Part shown: positions 28,490-46,725 of the stretch, piece by piece | How the letters are laid out: each line of letters starts with the position of its first letter | Position numbering within the stretch: position 1 is the first letter of the stretch | Assembly: GCF_006345805.1 (NCBI RefSeq) | Contig: NC_042999.1 | Coordinates: forward strand, 146,940,001 to 147,004,000 | Direction of reading: 5' to 3' | Origin: Octopus sinensis | Taxonomy: Eukaryota | DNA length: 64,000 bases | Made by a program: the position numbers and the translations under genes | Notes under the pieces: model-generated | Told to the model about the DNA's origin: nothing | Databases searched by the model: none | What the model saw: only the letters and a program-made list of their open reading frames with translations

Positions 28490-28730
28490 ACACCGGAGTA
28501 GGCACATAAATTTGAGACAAGGTAGAAAAAAGGAGTACTCATATACCAGAGGTAGAGTAAAATGCTTTATTTAAAAGCAGCAGAAATATCACAAAAACTG
28601 TTATTCAGAGTTTCACGTTCCCGTTCGTTGGACAGTTTTGTTAGACTCTCACAAAACTGTACGACGAACGGGAACGTGAAACTCTGAGTAACGTTTTTTG
28701 TGATTTCTGCTGCTTTTAAATAAAGTACAC
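28490..28730. mobile_element. Divergent inverted pair of hammerhead-like PLE-type repeats
   Basis: Arms 28565-28641 and 28651-28725 with a 9-nt spacer. Consensus AAAACTGT-CCGACGA-ACG-GGAA-CGT-GAAA-CTCTGAG-TA-ACAGTTTT, then AATAAA. Flanked by (TA)n. Confidence 0.8.
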
Positions 28731-28834
28731 ACACATATATATATAATATATATATATTATATAATATATATATACTATACACATATATATATACACATTC
28801 ACACATACACATATATATATATACGTATATATAA

Positions 28835-28873
<39 letters not shown>

Positions 28874-28921
28874 GCATATATGCATACACACACATACACA
28901 CACATGTACATACATATACAT

Positions 28922-29627
28922 CGTGGCACTCCGTCGGTTACGGCGATGATTCGATCAACATAACAGCTTGTTCGTGAATTTAACGTGTAAGTGGCTGAGC
29001 ACTCCACAGACATGTGTACCCTTAACGTAGCTCTAAGGGAGATTCAGCGTGACACAGAATGTGACACGGCTGGCCTTTTGAAATTACAGGTACAGCAGAA
29101 AAAGGAAGAAAGTTGCCGTGAAAGAATACAGTAGTATGTATATATATGTATATATATATGTATAAATATACATGCCTACAAACATATATAAATGTTTATA
29201 TATATAGGTATACACACACACACACATATATATATATGCCTGTATATATATATATACACAAATATATGTATACGCGTGCATTTTATATATATATATGTGT
29301 GTGTGTGTGTGTGAAGGCGCGTAGCTTAGTGGTTAGGGCATTCCGCTCACGATCGTAAGGTCGTGAGTTCAATTTCCAGCGACGTGTTGTGTCCTTGAGC
29401 AAGAGACTTTATTTCAAGTTACTCCAGTCCATTCAGCTGGCAAAAGTGAGCAGTACCTGTATTTCAAAGGGCCAGCCTTTTCACACCCTGTGTTACGCTG
29501 AATCTCCCTGAGAACTACGTGAAGGGTATGTGGAGTGCTCAGCCATTTCCACGTAAATCTCACGAGCAAGCTGTTCTGTTGATCGTATCAGCTGGGAACC
29601 ACAACGTCGTAACCGACGGAGTGCTCC
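28922..29627. mobile_element. Two SINE family C copies in inverted orientation (28922-29135 minus; 29313-29627 plus)
   Basis: Shared tail cgtaaccgacggagtgc, gtggagtgctcagcca and tttcaaagggccagcc. tRNA-like head at 29313. Confidence 0.8.
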
Positions 29628-29674
29628 TAATCGCATTATATATATATATATATATATATATGTATCTATTATAC

Positions 29675-29722
<48 letters not shown>

Positions 29723-29769
29723 TATATACGTATACATCTACATACATATATGCATGTATATATATATAT

Positions 29770-29997
29770 CTTTACTACCCACAAGGGGCTAAACACAGAG
29801 GGGACAAACAAGGACAGACAAACGGATTAAGTCGGTTACATCGACCCCAGTGCGTAACTGGTACTTAATTTATCGACCCCGAAAGGATGTAAGGCAAAGT
29901 CGACCTCGACGGAATTTGAACTCAGAACGTAACGGCAGACAAAATACGGCTACGCATTTCGCCCGGCGTGCTAACGTTTCTGCCAGCTCGCCGCCTT
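29770..29997 (-). mobile_element. SINE family B (young copy)
   Basis: Near-identical to 7690-7926. Confidence 0.9.
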
Positions 29998-30049
29998 GTA
30001 TGTATATATATGTATACCTTCAATCCTAGATGTATGTATGCATGTACGT

Positions 30050-30930
30050 AACTTTCACTTTGTTTCTGAATATATATTGTATAATCTAATCAAATTATAT
30101 AATTTGAAACTGCCAGATTCAAAACTAATATGAAAAAAAAATCAATTTAAGTTAATGAATTCTCAATAGAATATGACGTAAAATTTAAGTATACGTAGGA
30201 TGTTTGCTGATGGAATGTCACTAACATATCTGAACATATATTTGTCACCGTTTCAATTGTGACCACCCAAACAGTTCCATGTCGTGGAACGAATAGCTGT
30301 GCGTACTATATCTTAGAACAACGGTTAAAAATGTTTCATAACAAAGACAGAAAATTTATTTTCCTGTTATGATCAATGGTCCTATTATAACGTGAGTTAA
30401 ATACTCACGATGAGTTCATGTCTGGTGAATAAAAGTATATGAGTGTATATATATATGTGTATGTGTGTGTGTGTATGTGCGTGTGTGTGTGCGTGCGTGT
30501 GTGTGTATGTATATATATATATATGTGTGTGTGTATGTGTGTGTGTATCTCCTTGTATATGAAGATCTATAACAACAAGCAAGGCTTTATATATAATAAT
30601 ATATCTGCAAAAATGCACATACTTTGTGTCTAAGAATATATGTGCATGTGAGTGTGTGTGTGTTTCTGTCTATCTGTCAGTGTGTCTGTCTATCTGTGTC
30701 TCTCTGTGTTTCTGCGTGTGTATTTTTCCTTTTTGTAAACTATAACTAATAAATAGTTTATATCGTGTAAATATTATCTCTGAAACTTAATACATTTGGA
30801 TAGGCTGGATAGTTGCGTATATTTTACGATAAAAAGTTCGTCTACTCTGAGTTTCCCCTTGGCAGATCACGACTCTCAGCTGGCTGACGACAGTCGTGAT
30901 GAGCCGAAGGCAAAACTCAGAGTACAGGGG
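30050..30930 (+). repeat. Copy 1 of an old local duplication; partner at ~33375-34630
   Basis: Collinear shared blocks, e.g. aaaaaaaatcaatt.aa, tatatttgtcac, tgcgtactat, tttcataacaaag, caatggtcc.attataa, tgaaacttaata.atttg.ataggctggatag, and the terminal hairpin. Confidence 0.75.
30838..30926. mobile_element. Compact inverted pair of decayed hammerhead-like motifs; paralogue at 34538-34630
   Basis: Hairpin tactctgagtttccc...atcacgact...agtcgtgatgagccgaaggcaaaactcagagta. Arms approximate AGTC-(G)TGATGA-GCCGAAGGC-GAAA-CTCAGAG-TA-GAC. Confidence 0.55.
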
Positions 30931-31014
30931 TGTTATTTTAATATTATTATTGATATGGATCATACACATACATATGTACATTTGTATATATTTTAAGTTT
31001 AGAAATATTTGGCA

Positions 31015-31154
<140 letters not shown>

Positions 31155-32811
31155 ACATACTATATCTATATGTATCTTATGTGTGTGAGTGAGAGAAAGA
31201 GTTTATATATACATATATATTTATATATTTATTCAGATATGTGTCTGTGTGTATAGATATATATGAATGCCACTGTTTGTGTGTGTATGCGAGGACAGAG
31301 CATGCATAACCTGAAATCTACTAATGTTGACGTATAATCCAGTTCGTCTGTGAAACCAACTACTTTGACAGGGAAAGTGATCACTGGGAATATTGTGTAC
31401 GAAAATCAAAACAAAGTGTTGATGGACTCATAGCAGATCCCGATCATTCAATACAAACTATATACTGACTCGCATCAACGTAGGTGAGAAGAGATGTGTA
31501 ACATGACAAACCTCTTCCGGTGATAAGTTCGAGTAGCCTCAGAATCAGTTTATCTTGCTATGTGATTGTTCACCGTGAGAGTGCTAAAGGTAACTAGAAA
31601 AGCTATTAACCATTAAAGCATTTGAAGTTGTCCTTTGAAGCAATGTTGTTAAGGGAAAAATACACCACATTGATCTTCGACCGGGCTGCCTTGGATTTTG
31701 TTACATGACTCATGTTCAGAGTAGCAGTTGAAAATTTTGCAGGATTCAAGAAATTTTGTCTATGTCTCAGTCAATAGAATGTCTGAATATTGCTAGACAG
31801 AGCATGGAAGCTCATCATCACACGACGTAGACATCAATACAGGTACCGTTTGTGAAAGGTATGCGTCAGGATAGGACAGTATATTGGATATTAGGTAGAT
31901 TTATTTGGGCATGAAAACCAGCAGATAAGATACATGTGAACATAGATGGTTTACCATAAGAATGGCATTATGGACATACCGTATTTATATCCCAAACCAA
32001 CTATTGTTAGTGACTGGATAAGACAAGAGTTCCTGTAGAAAATTCCACTTTCATCATATTTAATACCCCCACTAAAATCAATCGGAACAAGATAGGAAAG
32101 CAGTTCTGCAGCCCTCCTAAAATAATTGCTTGCCGAATGCTTCAGGAAGACTAACTGACGCAGGTATGTAATCCAGTGACAACGTTTGATCTAAAGCTGA
32201 AAAGTGACCTTGGGCTATTGGTAAACGCAATGTGGTACGTCGAAAACAGATAGAGTATTTCTTAATTCTTACTCTGAACAAAATGTCATTATTACTAACG
32301 CCATCTTCAGATAGACGGGAGAACAAAAAGTGAAAAGGATGCGTTCGTATCCCAAACAATTCTGTCAATCAGATATCTCGCATTACTGGTTTGAACAGGA
32401 CAGAAATCGTATGTATTTCACAGGAGATAAGTAGGGTAAATTATAGTGTGCTTTAGTAGTTGCTTTGATTGAAGATAGTCTTCTCGTTAGTCACCAAACG
32501 GAACAGAACCCTGTTATCCTACGACAAATAAATTAGCAACGGAGAGGTCCGGAGGTGGGAATGCAAAGGCTTTTCGGGAAAAGGTATAGATGATTTTCTG
32601 TAATTGTGGGGTAAACAAAACCTGGAAGCTTCAGTGTACCTAAGAGTATGACATAGATAAAGATGTGTTCAGTAAACTAACTTGGAATCATCATAAATAC
32701 TTGTTTGTGAAAATACTACTCTTCAACGTTATATCAACAAAAAGGAGCTCGCCAAAATTGCTTACAAGATCCAAACACAGTATCAAAGTAAGAGGAGTGT
32801 TCAGGAATATA

Positions 32812-33016
32812 CGAGGGGTACTGAAAAGTTCCTGCCTTTTGGTATTATAATAAAAAAGTGGATCAGTTAAATATGTTAAACGCATTCCTCTCTCAAACTT
32901 AAACGCTGCAGCGACCCTTCAGTTATTTTAAGCTCTGTAAAAGAACTCAGAAGTTTGGGCTTCCGGCAACCCTTGCGCAATACGCTTAAAACCAGGAATT
33001 TTTCTACACTCCCTCG
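32812..33016. mobile_element. mariner-type MITE
   Basis: TA|CGAGGGGTACTGAAAAGTTCCTG ... CCAGGAATTTTTCTACACTCCCTCG|TA. Confidence 0.75.
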
Positions 33017-33374
33017 TACCTACAAGATAAAGTTGAAATAAGGGCAAACATGGTTGAGTTGCAATGGGTTGCTCATTTCAGTGAAACGTTTAGTTCGTAT
33101 TATAAATTGAAGATAGTTTGCATTATGAATTGAAGCAAAAAAGAGGGTTTCTAATTAGCTGAGAGCAGCATAAATCAATAATGATTTATGAATAAGTACA
33201 AATTTCTGGTCGTTTTGTAGAAAACGTGCTGTAGTTCCTCACTGAAAGTCAAGTAGGTAATTTGGAAAACGTTATAAGCATACATATACATATTGATAAA
33301 ATAAATTACGTTGTGCAGTAACAGATTGCACGTGATGCTACTCTGCTACGATTATTATTAAAGAAATATATATA

Positions 33375-33792
33375 ATTTTCAGTTTGTTTCTGTATAGCTA
33401 CTATAAAATTTTGGAATGATGATATAGGTACATATTGCCAAAACAAAATTAGTATTAAAAAAAATCAATTAAATTTAATGTACTTTTTAATGAAATTTGA
33501 TCTAAGATAAAAATTTAGGCAGGATAGTTAGAGGTAGAATTTCGCTCACATATCCGAGATTATATTTGTCACAGATTCATTGGCGATCTCCCAACAAGTT
33601 CCATATAATAAAATAACTAGCAGCAAACTGCGTACTATTACTTAAAGCAATTGTGAAATTATTTCATAACAAAGGTAGAAAAATCTATTTTACGATCTTG
33701 ACCAATGGTCCAATTATAATGTGAACTACATATTTCTGTTGAATTTATGCGTAGTATATAATTTTTCGTGTGTGCGTATATGTATATATAAG

Positions 33793-33847
<55 letters not shown>

Positions 33848-33952
33848 GTAGGATATATTCATGTATATATATATATATATATACGTGTGTATATATATTT
33901 ATTGGTGACATATACACGTATCATATATATATATGTATATGTAGGTATATGG

Positions 33953-34010
<58 letters not shown>

Positions 34011-34630
34011 ATTATTTGTTTTTATTTAAGCGCATGTGTGTGTGTGTGTAAATATATACATACACGTTTGGACGAGTGAACAAAGTACTATATTGGTAAC
34101 AATAACAAGGACAGCCAGTGAAAATGAAGGAATTTTTTCGTATTATACTTATACCCATGTACAGAAAAAGTGCGTGTTCTTGGAAAATGAAATGAAATGT
34201 GTTAAAATAAAATGAAACAATCATAAAATAGTCAAAAATAAAGTAGGATATTTGAATTCCATTTACCATAGGAGAATGCAATGTACTTATATATATATAT
34301 ATATATGCATCTTTATGTAGAGATAGATCAGATAGAGACAAATACATATTTATGCATATACACATTCTTTTATTACAACAAATACACAAGTATGTATATG
34401 GATATGTGCATATATATATACATAGGAATCTTTGTTAAATATGACAAACAAGTCTTTTGCATCTTGTAAATGTTATCTATGAAACTTAATATATTTGAAT
34501 AGGCTGGATAGATGGATATATTATTGTACGATAAAAAGTTAGTCTGCTCAGAGTTCCCTTTTGGCAGATCACGACGCTTAGCTGGCTGACGACAGTCATG
34601 ATGAGCCGAGGGCAAACCTCTGAGTACAGT
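33375..34630 (+). repeat. Copy 2 of the old local duplication
   Basis: As above. The microsatellite-rich middle differs between the copies. Confidence 0.75.
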
Positions 34631-34943
34631 GGCGTTTCGTTTTTTTTATACAGATGTATCTCAATTTGTGTGCGTTCTCTCTGTGTGTGTGTGTGTGTGT
34701 GTGTGTTTGTGTGTGTGCGTGCATAGATTCATATACACATATATATATATGTAGGTGCATCTGTGTGCATACACACAAACACACACAAATTCTCTCTCTC
34801 TCTCTCACACACACACACATATATATATACATACATACATATATTATATGCATAGTAATATATGCCTGTGTATTTCTATACATGTGTGTGCGCGCGTATG
34901 CATTTATACATAGATATATACATGCATATAGATATATATATAT

Positions 34944-34977
<34 letters not shown>

Positions 34978-35092
34978 TTATATATATATACATATATATA
35001 TATTATATAAATATCTATATATATAGAATATATATATATATAGATATATATTAGATATATATATATATATGTATATATACATATTATATATT

Positions 35093-35125
<33 letters not shown>

Positions 35126-35203
35126 GATAGCTATATACGTATATATATATATAAGATTATATATATATATATATATATGTATAATATAACATATATATAT
35201 ATA

Positions 35204-35289
<86 letters not shown>

Positions 35290-35298
35290 TATATATAT

Positions 35299-35348
<50 letters not shown>

Positions 35349-35821
35349 TATATATATATACATATGCTTATACGTATGGTAAAATACATTGGTACATGCA
35401 AGATTTATGTGTTTATGCGTGGATGGTTGTATGGATGGTAACATAAGTTTGTGCATACATTCATACACATACATACATCATACTACATACATACATACAT
35501 ACATACAAAATGCATATTTAATTTCGGAAAGATATTTGAAGATTCGTATATATGTATATACATATTACTAATTACGTTTCATTTTGCTATTACATTCGAT
35601 GTATATGAAATAAATTTATATATATAATTAGAAAAATACATTTGTGTACTTTACCCTATCTTTCGAATACTGTAAATCGAAAATATTCACTATTTTTATA
35701 ACATAAAATAGCAAAGTTCCTACTTTTGATGTTTTATGGAAAAACCAGTAACTGAAAATTGTACCTTCGATAACAGACCGTTCTTATTAATAATTGTACA
35801 AAAACTACTTTATAACTATTT

Positions 35822-35873
<52 letters not shown>

Positions 35874-35996
35874 GCACACGCACATACACACACATGTCGA
35901 TTTATACACACAGTTTTCGATATAAGCATATAGTTATATATAAGCTATATATATATATATATATATAATATATAGGCGGGCTGTATGTTAAAGCAC

Positions 35997-36516
35997 AGGC
36001 GCAGGAGTGGTTGTGTGGTAAGTATAGGCACAGGAGTGGCTGTGTGGTAAGTGTGTTGCTTACCAACCACATCGTTCCGAGTTCAGTCCGACCGCGTGAC
36101 ACCTTGGGCAAGTGTCTTCTACTATAGCATCGGGCTGACCAAACCCTATATATATATGACTGTCTTCTTTCAGTTTCCGTCTACCAAGACCACTCACAAG
36201 GGTTTGGTCAGCCCGATTCTATAGTAGAAGACACTACTATGTATATATATATGTATGTATGTATGTACATTTATGTATGTATGTATGTATGTATGTATGT
36301 ATGTATGTATGTATATGTTAGTATGTCCGTGTTTGTCCCCCCAACATTGCTTGACAACCGATGGTGGTGTGTTTATGTCCCTGTCACCTAGAGCTTCGGC
36401 AAGAGAGACCGATAGAATACGTACTTGGCTTACAAAGAATAAGTCCTGGGGTCGATTTGCTCGACTAAAGCCGGTGCTTCAGTATGGCCGCAGTCAACTG
36501 ACTGAGACAAATAAAA

Positions 36517-36520
<4 letters not shown>
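35997..36520. mobile_element. Rearranged SINE family A (duplicated head, internal inversion)
   Basis: Head occurs twice (35997 and 36026). Minus segment 36150-36240; plus tail 36320-36520. Confidence 0.75.
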
Positions 36521-36557
<37 letters not shown>

Positions 36558-37208
36558 CTTTAACTGTTTCGGCTGTGGCCCTGCTGGGGTATAACCATTA
36601 TTATATCTATCATATATACACATCTTTCTATATATACATATATGTGCGTGAGTGTGTGTGTGTGCGCGGGTGTGTTTATGCATGTGTGTGCGCGGGTGTG
36701 TTTATGCATGTGTGTGATTGTGAACATTTGTGTGTGTACGTATCTTTCTGTATACCTATGTATCTGTGCAGGAATCATAGTAAAAGCATGCTCCCCTCAT
36801 ATACACGTGATAGAAATTTAATATAACTTAGTAAATTCAAGTATGAATATGTACTATAAAATACACACACACACACACAAACATACGCATACACACGCAG
36901 ATATATATAGACTAATGCACGTATATATACACTGTGCGTGCGTGTGTATGCGAGTGTATATATATATGTGTGTGTTTGTGTAATTGTATATGTGTATATA
37001 AACCTTTGATCGTATGTGGGTTTTTATGCGACTGTTGTTACACAATAAGTTTGCATACAACAGATCATTCAGTATCGGTATATCTAGCATTAACCTGTTG
37101 CTTTAACAACTATAAACCATTCATCAGGTGATAAAAATCACGTGAACTGGCAGAAGATCGAAACCCGCTGAAGCAGCCCAACTCATTAAACTTTACTGTA
37201 ACCTCTTG

Positions 37209-37242
<34 letters not shown>

Positions 37243-37288
37243 GCACTCACACACGCACAAATACACACATAAAATTAATAGTTTATGC

Positions 37289-37323
<35 letters not shown>

Positions 37324-37388
37324 GTGTGTGTGTGTATGTATGTTATGCATATATATATATATATATGTATATATATTATATCTATATA

Positions 37389-37435
<47 letters not shown>

Positions 37436-38906
37436 ATATGTTTATATATATGTATGTACGTATGTTTGTTGTATGGGTGGTGATGTGCCATGTGTGTGTG
37501 TATTTGTTTGTCTGTGCTTGTCCACCACCTTCGCTTGACAACCGATTTTGGTGTGCTTACATCCTCATGCCTTAACAGTTCAACAAAAGAGATCGATAAA
37601 ATAAGTAGTAGGTTTAGAAATTATCAGTCCTTATTATAGTACGTATATATATGCATGTGTGTATGCATATATATACATGCATATATATATATATGTGTGT
37701 ATATATAGTATATATATATGTATATGTGTATTATGTATATGTATGTATGCGTGCATGTATGTATGTATGCATGTATGTATGTATGTATGTATGTAGTATG
37801 TATGTATGTATGTATGTATGTATGTATGTATGTATGTATACACGTTTTCTTACTTGTTGCATGCAATGGACTGCGGCCATGCTTTAGCACCGCCTTGAAG
37901 TACTTTTGTCGATCAAAATCGAGACCGGTACTTTTCATTTTGTATTCCTGGCATTATTTTCATCAATTCCTTTTACAGAATCTCTAATTGCAAACAATTA
38001 TTTCATTAAACTTCCTTATTCATTGAAACAGTCACATTGCTAAACCACCAGCATTCTCTGTTGACATATTGATATAAACATGTAAACGAATAACTAGATA
38101 AACTTATAAATAATAATCATATAAATACATATTAGCTTACATATAAATCTAATAATAAAGTTTTCTAGCGTAGAAGATGTGTCCGTTTATAACCTTTTGG
38201 CCCAACCCAATAGCTTGAGGGTGCGCGTGGGACAATTGATTAAGTCGATCGACCCCCATTATTTGATGTGAACTCAAGTATATCGACCCCAATAAGACTA
38301 TAACCCTTATGAGGCTTTCTAATAAAGGATGATAGACCCGAAAGTTGGAGGATACAAAATCAGTGTCGATAACGATATAATCGACATTCGAACCTGGAAT
38401 TGGTAATTTTAGATGAAATACAAAGTTAACCACTGCAGATTTCGAACACAGAATGTAGGGTAGGGGACATAAAATCATACAAGTAAGGTATCTGTGACTC
38501 TACCGCTTCTGGTGCCATTATTCCTTATACTAGGAAATGAATATCATAAGAAACAACCACTGTATTATGAGCTTGTTTACTGCTACTGATCACACAAGTT
38601 GCATGTTAGAATTTTGGGTGGTCATTGTAAGCGAGATCAAAATTCACATACACCACACACACACACACACAAACACACACACCGGGAAGTGTACTAAATA
38701 ACAAAATTATCAACTTTGTTTCCCTACATCTTAATTCCCATCTAAACGTTTCCAGTTTCTCTGTTGTTTCGTAGAGAGAGTTTGACTAATCTATCAGACC
38801 TTTAAAATGGTGAACTTGTGCAAGTTGTGAGGTTCACAAGCAGACAGGATGGAGACATACAACACGGACCCACAGAATATATTTGTGTGTATGTACATAT
38901 ACATGA

Positions 38907-38975
<69 letters not shown>

Positions 38976-39960
38976 CACAGACACGCACACAGACACTCAA
39001 TATTATATTTGTGTGTGTACATACATACAAGTGTTCATACATATATACATATATATACATGCATTTTATAATTATATATATATATATCAAATTATATAGA
39101 TAATTAGATAGATACATACATATATATATATATATATTATATATATATATATATACAACACACACACACATACACAATATATGCGTATACATGTATGCGT
39201 ATGTATTTACATAGAGATGTAGATTAATAAATAAATATATATATATATATGCAAAGATATCTGTATATGTTTGTGTTTGCGTGTGTGCATGCCTGATCGC
39301 ATGCGCTTGAATATGTGTATGTGTGTGTGTGTGTGTGTATTTCATTCATACATACCTGATTTTTAAATATACGTATATCTCCAACTATTTGTTACAGTTA
39401 TTCAAATACTTCGGCGGCCAGCTGGTGCATACATATCTACAGGTGACAAGCTTGTATGAACTTCGAGAAAAAACACCAGTTGCTGTTGAAACGTTCATGC
39501 ATATCCCATGCCCAACTGTACGGTGAAACAGCGAACAGCTGCCGTGCACTCAACCTCCATGGCAGTCATGGTTCACTCGAGAACTGAACACACGCGCACA
39601 CACATACACAGACTTCCGCACGTAGAAGTTCGCAATGTTTATACCGATGTGATCGTTGTGGATTTGTATAGGTTCAGGGAAGGATAGCACAAACGGTCGA
39701 TTAAAAGGCCTCCAGCCGCGGCTATCACACAACTTTTTATTACTTTCAATTTAAATATTTATGAATTTTCTTTTCAGGCATATATTATCTATGGTTTGAT
39801 TATTCAATGTTTGTTAAGAGAGCAGGATGAGGGAGGTTAGTCTACCACTTTTGATAAACTGATATCTTCAGAAGAATCTTCCTCACTCTTTTGTTTATGT
39901 TTGTTGTTTGAGAAAACGGCTACGTATTAGTAAAGCTATATCTGTGTATATGTGTACGTG

Positions 39961-40044
<84 letters not shown>

Positions 40045-40089
40045 GGTATTATATAGATTTATATATATATATATATATATTCTTTTATT

Positions 40090-40490
40090 CCTTTTACTTG
40101 TTTCTGTTATTTGACTGTGGCCATGCCGGAGCACCGCCTTTAGTCGAGCAAATCGACTCCAGGACTTATTCTTTGTAAGCCTAGTACTTATTCTCTCGGT
40201 CTCGTTTTCAGATCCGCTAAGTTACGAGGACGTAAACACACCAGCATCGGTTGTCAAGCCTTGGCGGTGGGGGACAAACACAGACACATAAACACACACA
40301 GACACACACATACACACATATATACGATGGGCTTCTTTCAGTTTCCGTCTACCAAATCCACTCACAAGGGTTCGGTCGGCCCGAGGCTATAGTAAAAACA
40401 CTTGTTCTAGGTGCCACGCAGTGGGACTGAACCCAGAACCATGTGGTTGTTAAGCAAGCTACTTACCACACAGTCGCTCCTGCGCCTATA
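40090..40490 (-). mobile_element. SINE family A, full length
   Basis: Reverse complement of 3868-4290. Confidence 0.9.
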
Positions 40491-41099
40491 TGTATATGTT
40501 TGTGTGTACGTGTGTATATGTATATATCATACTATAAATATTTGTGTGTGTGTGTATGTGTGTGTGTATGTATGTGTATGTTTGTGTGTGTGTGTTTGGA
40601 AACTGACAAAATATTTAGAGCGCTGGTTAAGATATCTTGCGGTATTTATTCCGATTTACTGCATCGTGGTTTTAAGTGCGTGTCTCGCCGAATTCAACAC
40701 TGTAGTTGATTGTTACGAGTTCAATACAAATTAAATATCATAATCAAAGGCGTTGAAATGGTGTAATTTTTTATGTGCCGGTCGGTGTGACATGCAGGTA
40801 TCTGTTACTTGTCATTGGGTTCTGACGGCAGAACCTCGACCCACCACACAGGCCTAAACTTTTACTAACTGTACCTTTCCCCTTCGGAATGCATTGTTGA
40901 CATAATGAGGAAGATCTAAACTTGCAGGGGCAAAAGCTAATTTCCAATCGTAGAAAAGAGAGACCTTACCCAGGGGAACAATTACAGGGTTGTGTGTGCG
41001 CATGTGTGTGCATAACTGTCTGTCTGTCAGCCCGTCTATCTATCTAGCTATTCATCTATCTGTCTGCCTGTCTGCCTGTCTGCTTGTGCACCTATCTCC

Positions 41100-41168
<69 letters not shown>

Positions 41169-41207
41169 TAACTATACATGCATACATACATATACATATA
41201 TATGTAT

Positions 41208-41245
<38 letters not shown>

Positions 41246-41297
41246 TAAACCCACACACACACACACACACACACCACACACACATATATATTATATC

Positions 41298-41356
<59 letters not shown>

Positions 41357-41725
41357 ACATATATATATAAATACAAAATAAATAATATCACCACATATAG
41401 ACAGACAGGTAGATAGATATACATAAATACATACATATATACATGCACATAATAAACAAAATCACACTGAAAAATTACTATTTATGACATAGTACTGTAT
41501 TTAACATGAAAGAATTAAATACGGTTATAGAATAAAGTTCGGTTAAAAGAATAAAGGTTTGTGAAATTCAATACCCTACAAAGACCAGTAGCTTTATTTC
41601 ACTTCAGGACGCTTCAGATCGGTTTTTACTTTACTGGACTTTATCATAGAAGTTTTGTAAAACGTATAATTCTTGTCACAAACAAACAAAAAGGAACACA
41701 GCGTAAATAATGGACAGAGTCAAAA

Positions 41726-41762
41726 CTATTGAAAAGGTTGCGAGACGCAACCAAAATTTTAG
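41726..41762 (+). ncRNA. Decayed hammerhead-like motif
   Basis: CTA-TTGAAAA-GGTTGCG-AGA-CGCAACC-AAAA-TTT-TAG. Stem II is a perfect 7 bp; the core is eroded by C>T/G>A changes. Followed by AATAAA and (TA)n. Confidence 0.4.
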
Positions 41763-41826
41763 GAAAATAAAATAAAAAATAGGTGGAATTTTTACCGGTG
41801 GAAATGACTCTCCTCACACAACAACA

Positions 41827-41892
<66 letters not shown>

Positions 41893-41894
41893 AT

Positions 41895-41935
<41 letters not shown>

Positions 41936-41945
41936 GAGAGAGAGA

Positions 41946-42059
41946 GTAGGGCAAAATGATGTGAATATTTGTAGGTTTAATTACATTTTTTCATTCTTTT
42001 CTCTATTTCGCTTATATTAAACCTACAAATGTGTCAGGTCATTTTGCCCCACCCTGTAT
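41946..42059. mobile_element. Tc1-type MITE remnant
   Basis: gggcaaaatga.gtgaatatttgtaggtttaa / ttaaacctacaaatgtgtcaggtcattttgccccaccctg|TA. Confidence 0.65.
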
Positions 42060-42101
42060 ATACATAAATGTATGTAGGTGCGGCGCGTGTGCGTATGGTT
42101 G

Positions 42102-42172
<71 letters not shown>

Positions 42173-43234
42173 TACATAGATAGATATATAGATGATATAC
42201 ATATATATATAGATAGATATAGATAGATATACATATAGATAAGATAGATATATAGATATAGATAGATAGATAGATATACATATATAGAGAGAAACAGAGA
42301 GAATGATAGCGAGGGTGCGATGGAGTAAAAGATGTACATTGGCACATAAAACAACTACATTTGAATACGCGTCTACATGCATAGAGTCATGTAAGCATGC
42401 ATGCAAGCGCTTGCGTATACGACTGACAGGTGGTTCAGATATAAGCGGAATGTGTATATATTCACGTCTACCTCTTACTCTGAGTTAATAACCACGCGTT
42501 AAATAAAACAAGGAGAGGTTATACTAAAAAACAATGCTTACCTATCATTTCCTTTTTTTCCTTGTATTTCCATCGCATATTTGTGCTTGCAGTCGCGCAC
42601 GTGATACAGACCTACATAAGAACACATATATAAATATATATGTATATGTATATACGTAACAACAATAGAACTTTCAGTAATAATATGTCATTCGTCCTTT
42701 CTTCCTTCCTTTTCCATGTTTCCTTGTGTCTTGTTAACTTTTACTTCGTCAAAATTCTATCGCAATATTCTTCTTGACATTGTTACTGGGGGCGTTTTTT
42801 TCTCTCAACATTAATTGTTATTTCTTGTTACATGTATTATGAGGATAAGGGTTTTGCATTAATATTTCACTTCAATACTTTTCTTATATAGTTATATATA
42901 TTATTGTAATTATTTCAGCTACCAACGCTTTTTTTTTATACGACTTTATTTTGCTGGATTCCCATCCAGTTAGTTAGTTGTATACTCAATAAATAGAAGT
43001 GTACATACGTATGTATATATGCATGTATGTATGCACACTATAATTTTGAAGCAAGTAGAAAATTTTTTCAGTACTTATTCTTTGCCGTGCTGTGAGTACT
43101 CTTATTACTCCGAGTTTTGTAAGTATGTCTAATGACCAGCAGAACACTTGTGTAGTCAGGGATATATACAAATACCGACTTGGTGTAACCAGAAACACTA
43201 TAGTTTCATATATATATATAATATAATATATATA

Positions 43235-43354
<120 letters not shown>

Positions 43355-43589
43355 ATATTTTTGTATGTATGTGTGTATGTATATATAAATACAATATGTA
43401 AATAACTCTGTATGTAGTGTATGTGAATGTGTATAACTTTATGTAGTTTATAATTTATGTTGTCATATACATCATGTTCATTTTATATATACACTGTAAG
43501 TCGTCTGCGGCGTACACTGGTGTACTTTTTAGCATTTTCTTTGAGCTTACCCCTGTGGCAAATATGTAACGCAACAACCTCACATTTCC

Positions 43590-46290
<2,701 letters not shown>

Positions 46291-46429
46291 CGCTCCTCTT
46301 CTTGGAAGACACCTGGCATTCAGGTTCTAATCCTGGTCTATTGCATCGTCTAAAGCTTCCCACGCATATGCACACACACATACACTCATATGCACACACA
46401 CATACACTCATATGCACACACACATAGAG

Positions 46430-46725
46430 CAAGTCTGGTACTAAATCTATCGGTACCTTTTGCCGAACCGCTACTTGACATACACATATCAATATCGTCT
46501 GTCAAAAGGCATTTGGGTACAAACACAAGCACTAAGCAGTCACACATCATTACACACATACAGGCAGGCTTCCACACAGTTTCCGTTCACCAAATACACT
46601 TTCAAAGACTTGATCGTCCCAGGACTATAATAGATGACACCTGCCCAAAATGCCGTGCAATGGGTTCGAACCCAAAAGCATGTGGTTGTAAAGCGAGCTT
46701 CTTAACCACATAGTCACACCCAAGC
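46430..46725 (-). mobile_element. SINE family A (diverged)
   Basis: ctttgccgaaccgcta..., gactataatagatgacacctgccc motifs. Confidence 0.7.

Noticed and set aside
31300-32800. Possible coding or transposon remnant in complex sequence
   Set aside because: No long ORF or recognisable motif found by eye. It needs a translated search.
37060-37190. Minus-strand CTGATGA...GATAC hammerhead candidate
   Set aside because: The GAAA box is altered and stem III/I pairing is not evident.
39405-39530. Possible decayed inverted hammerhead pair (cggcggccagctggtg / caccagttgctgttgaaacg)
   Set aside because: A short inverted match exists, but the catalytic cores are too eroded to call.
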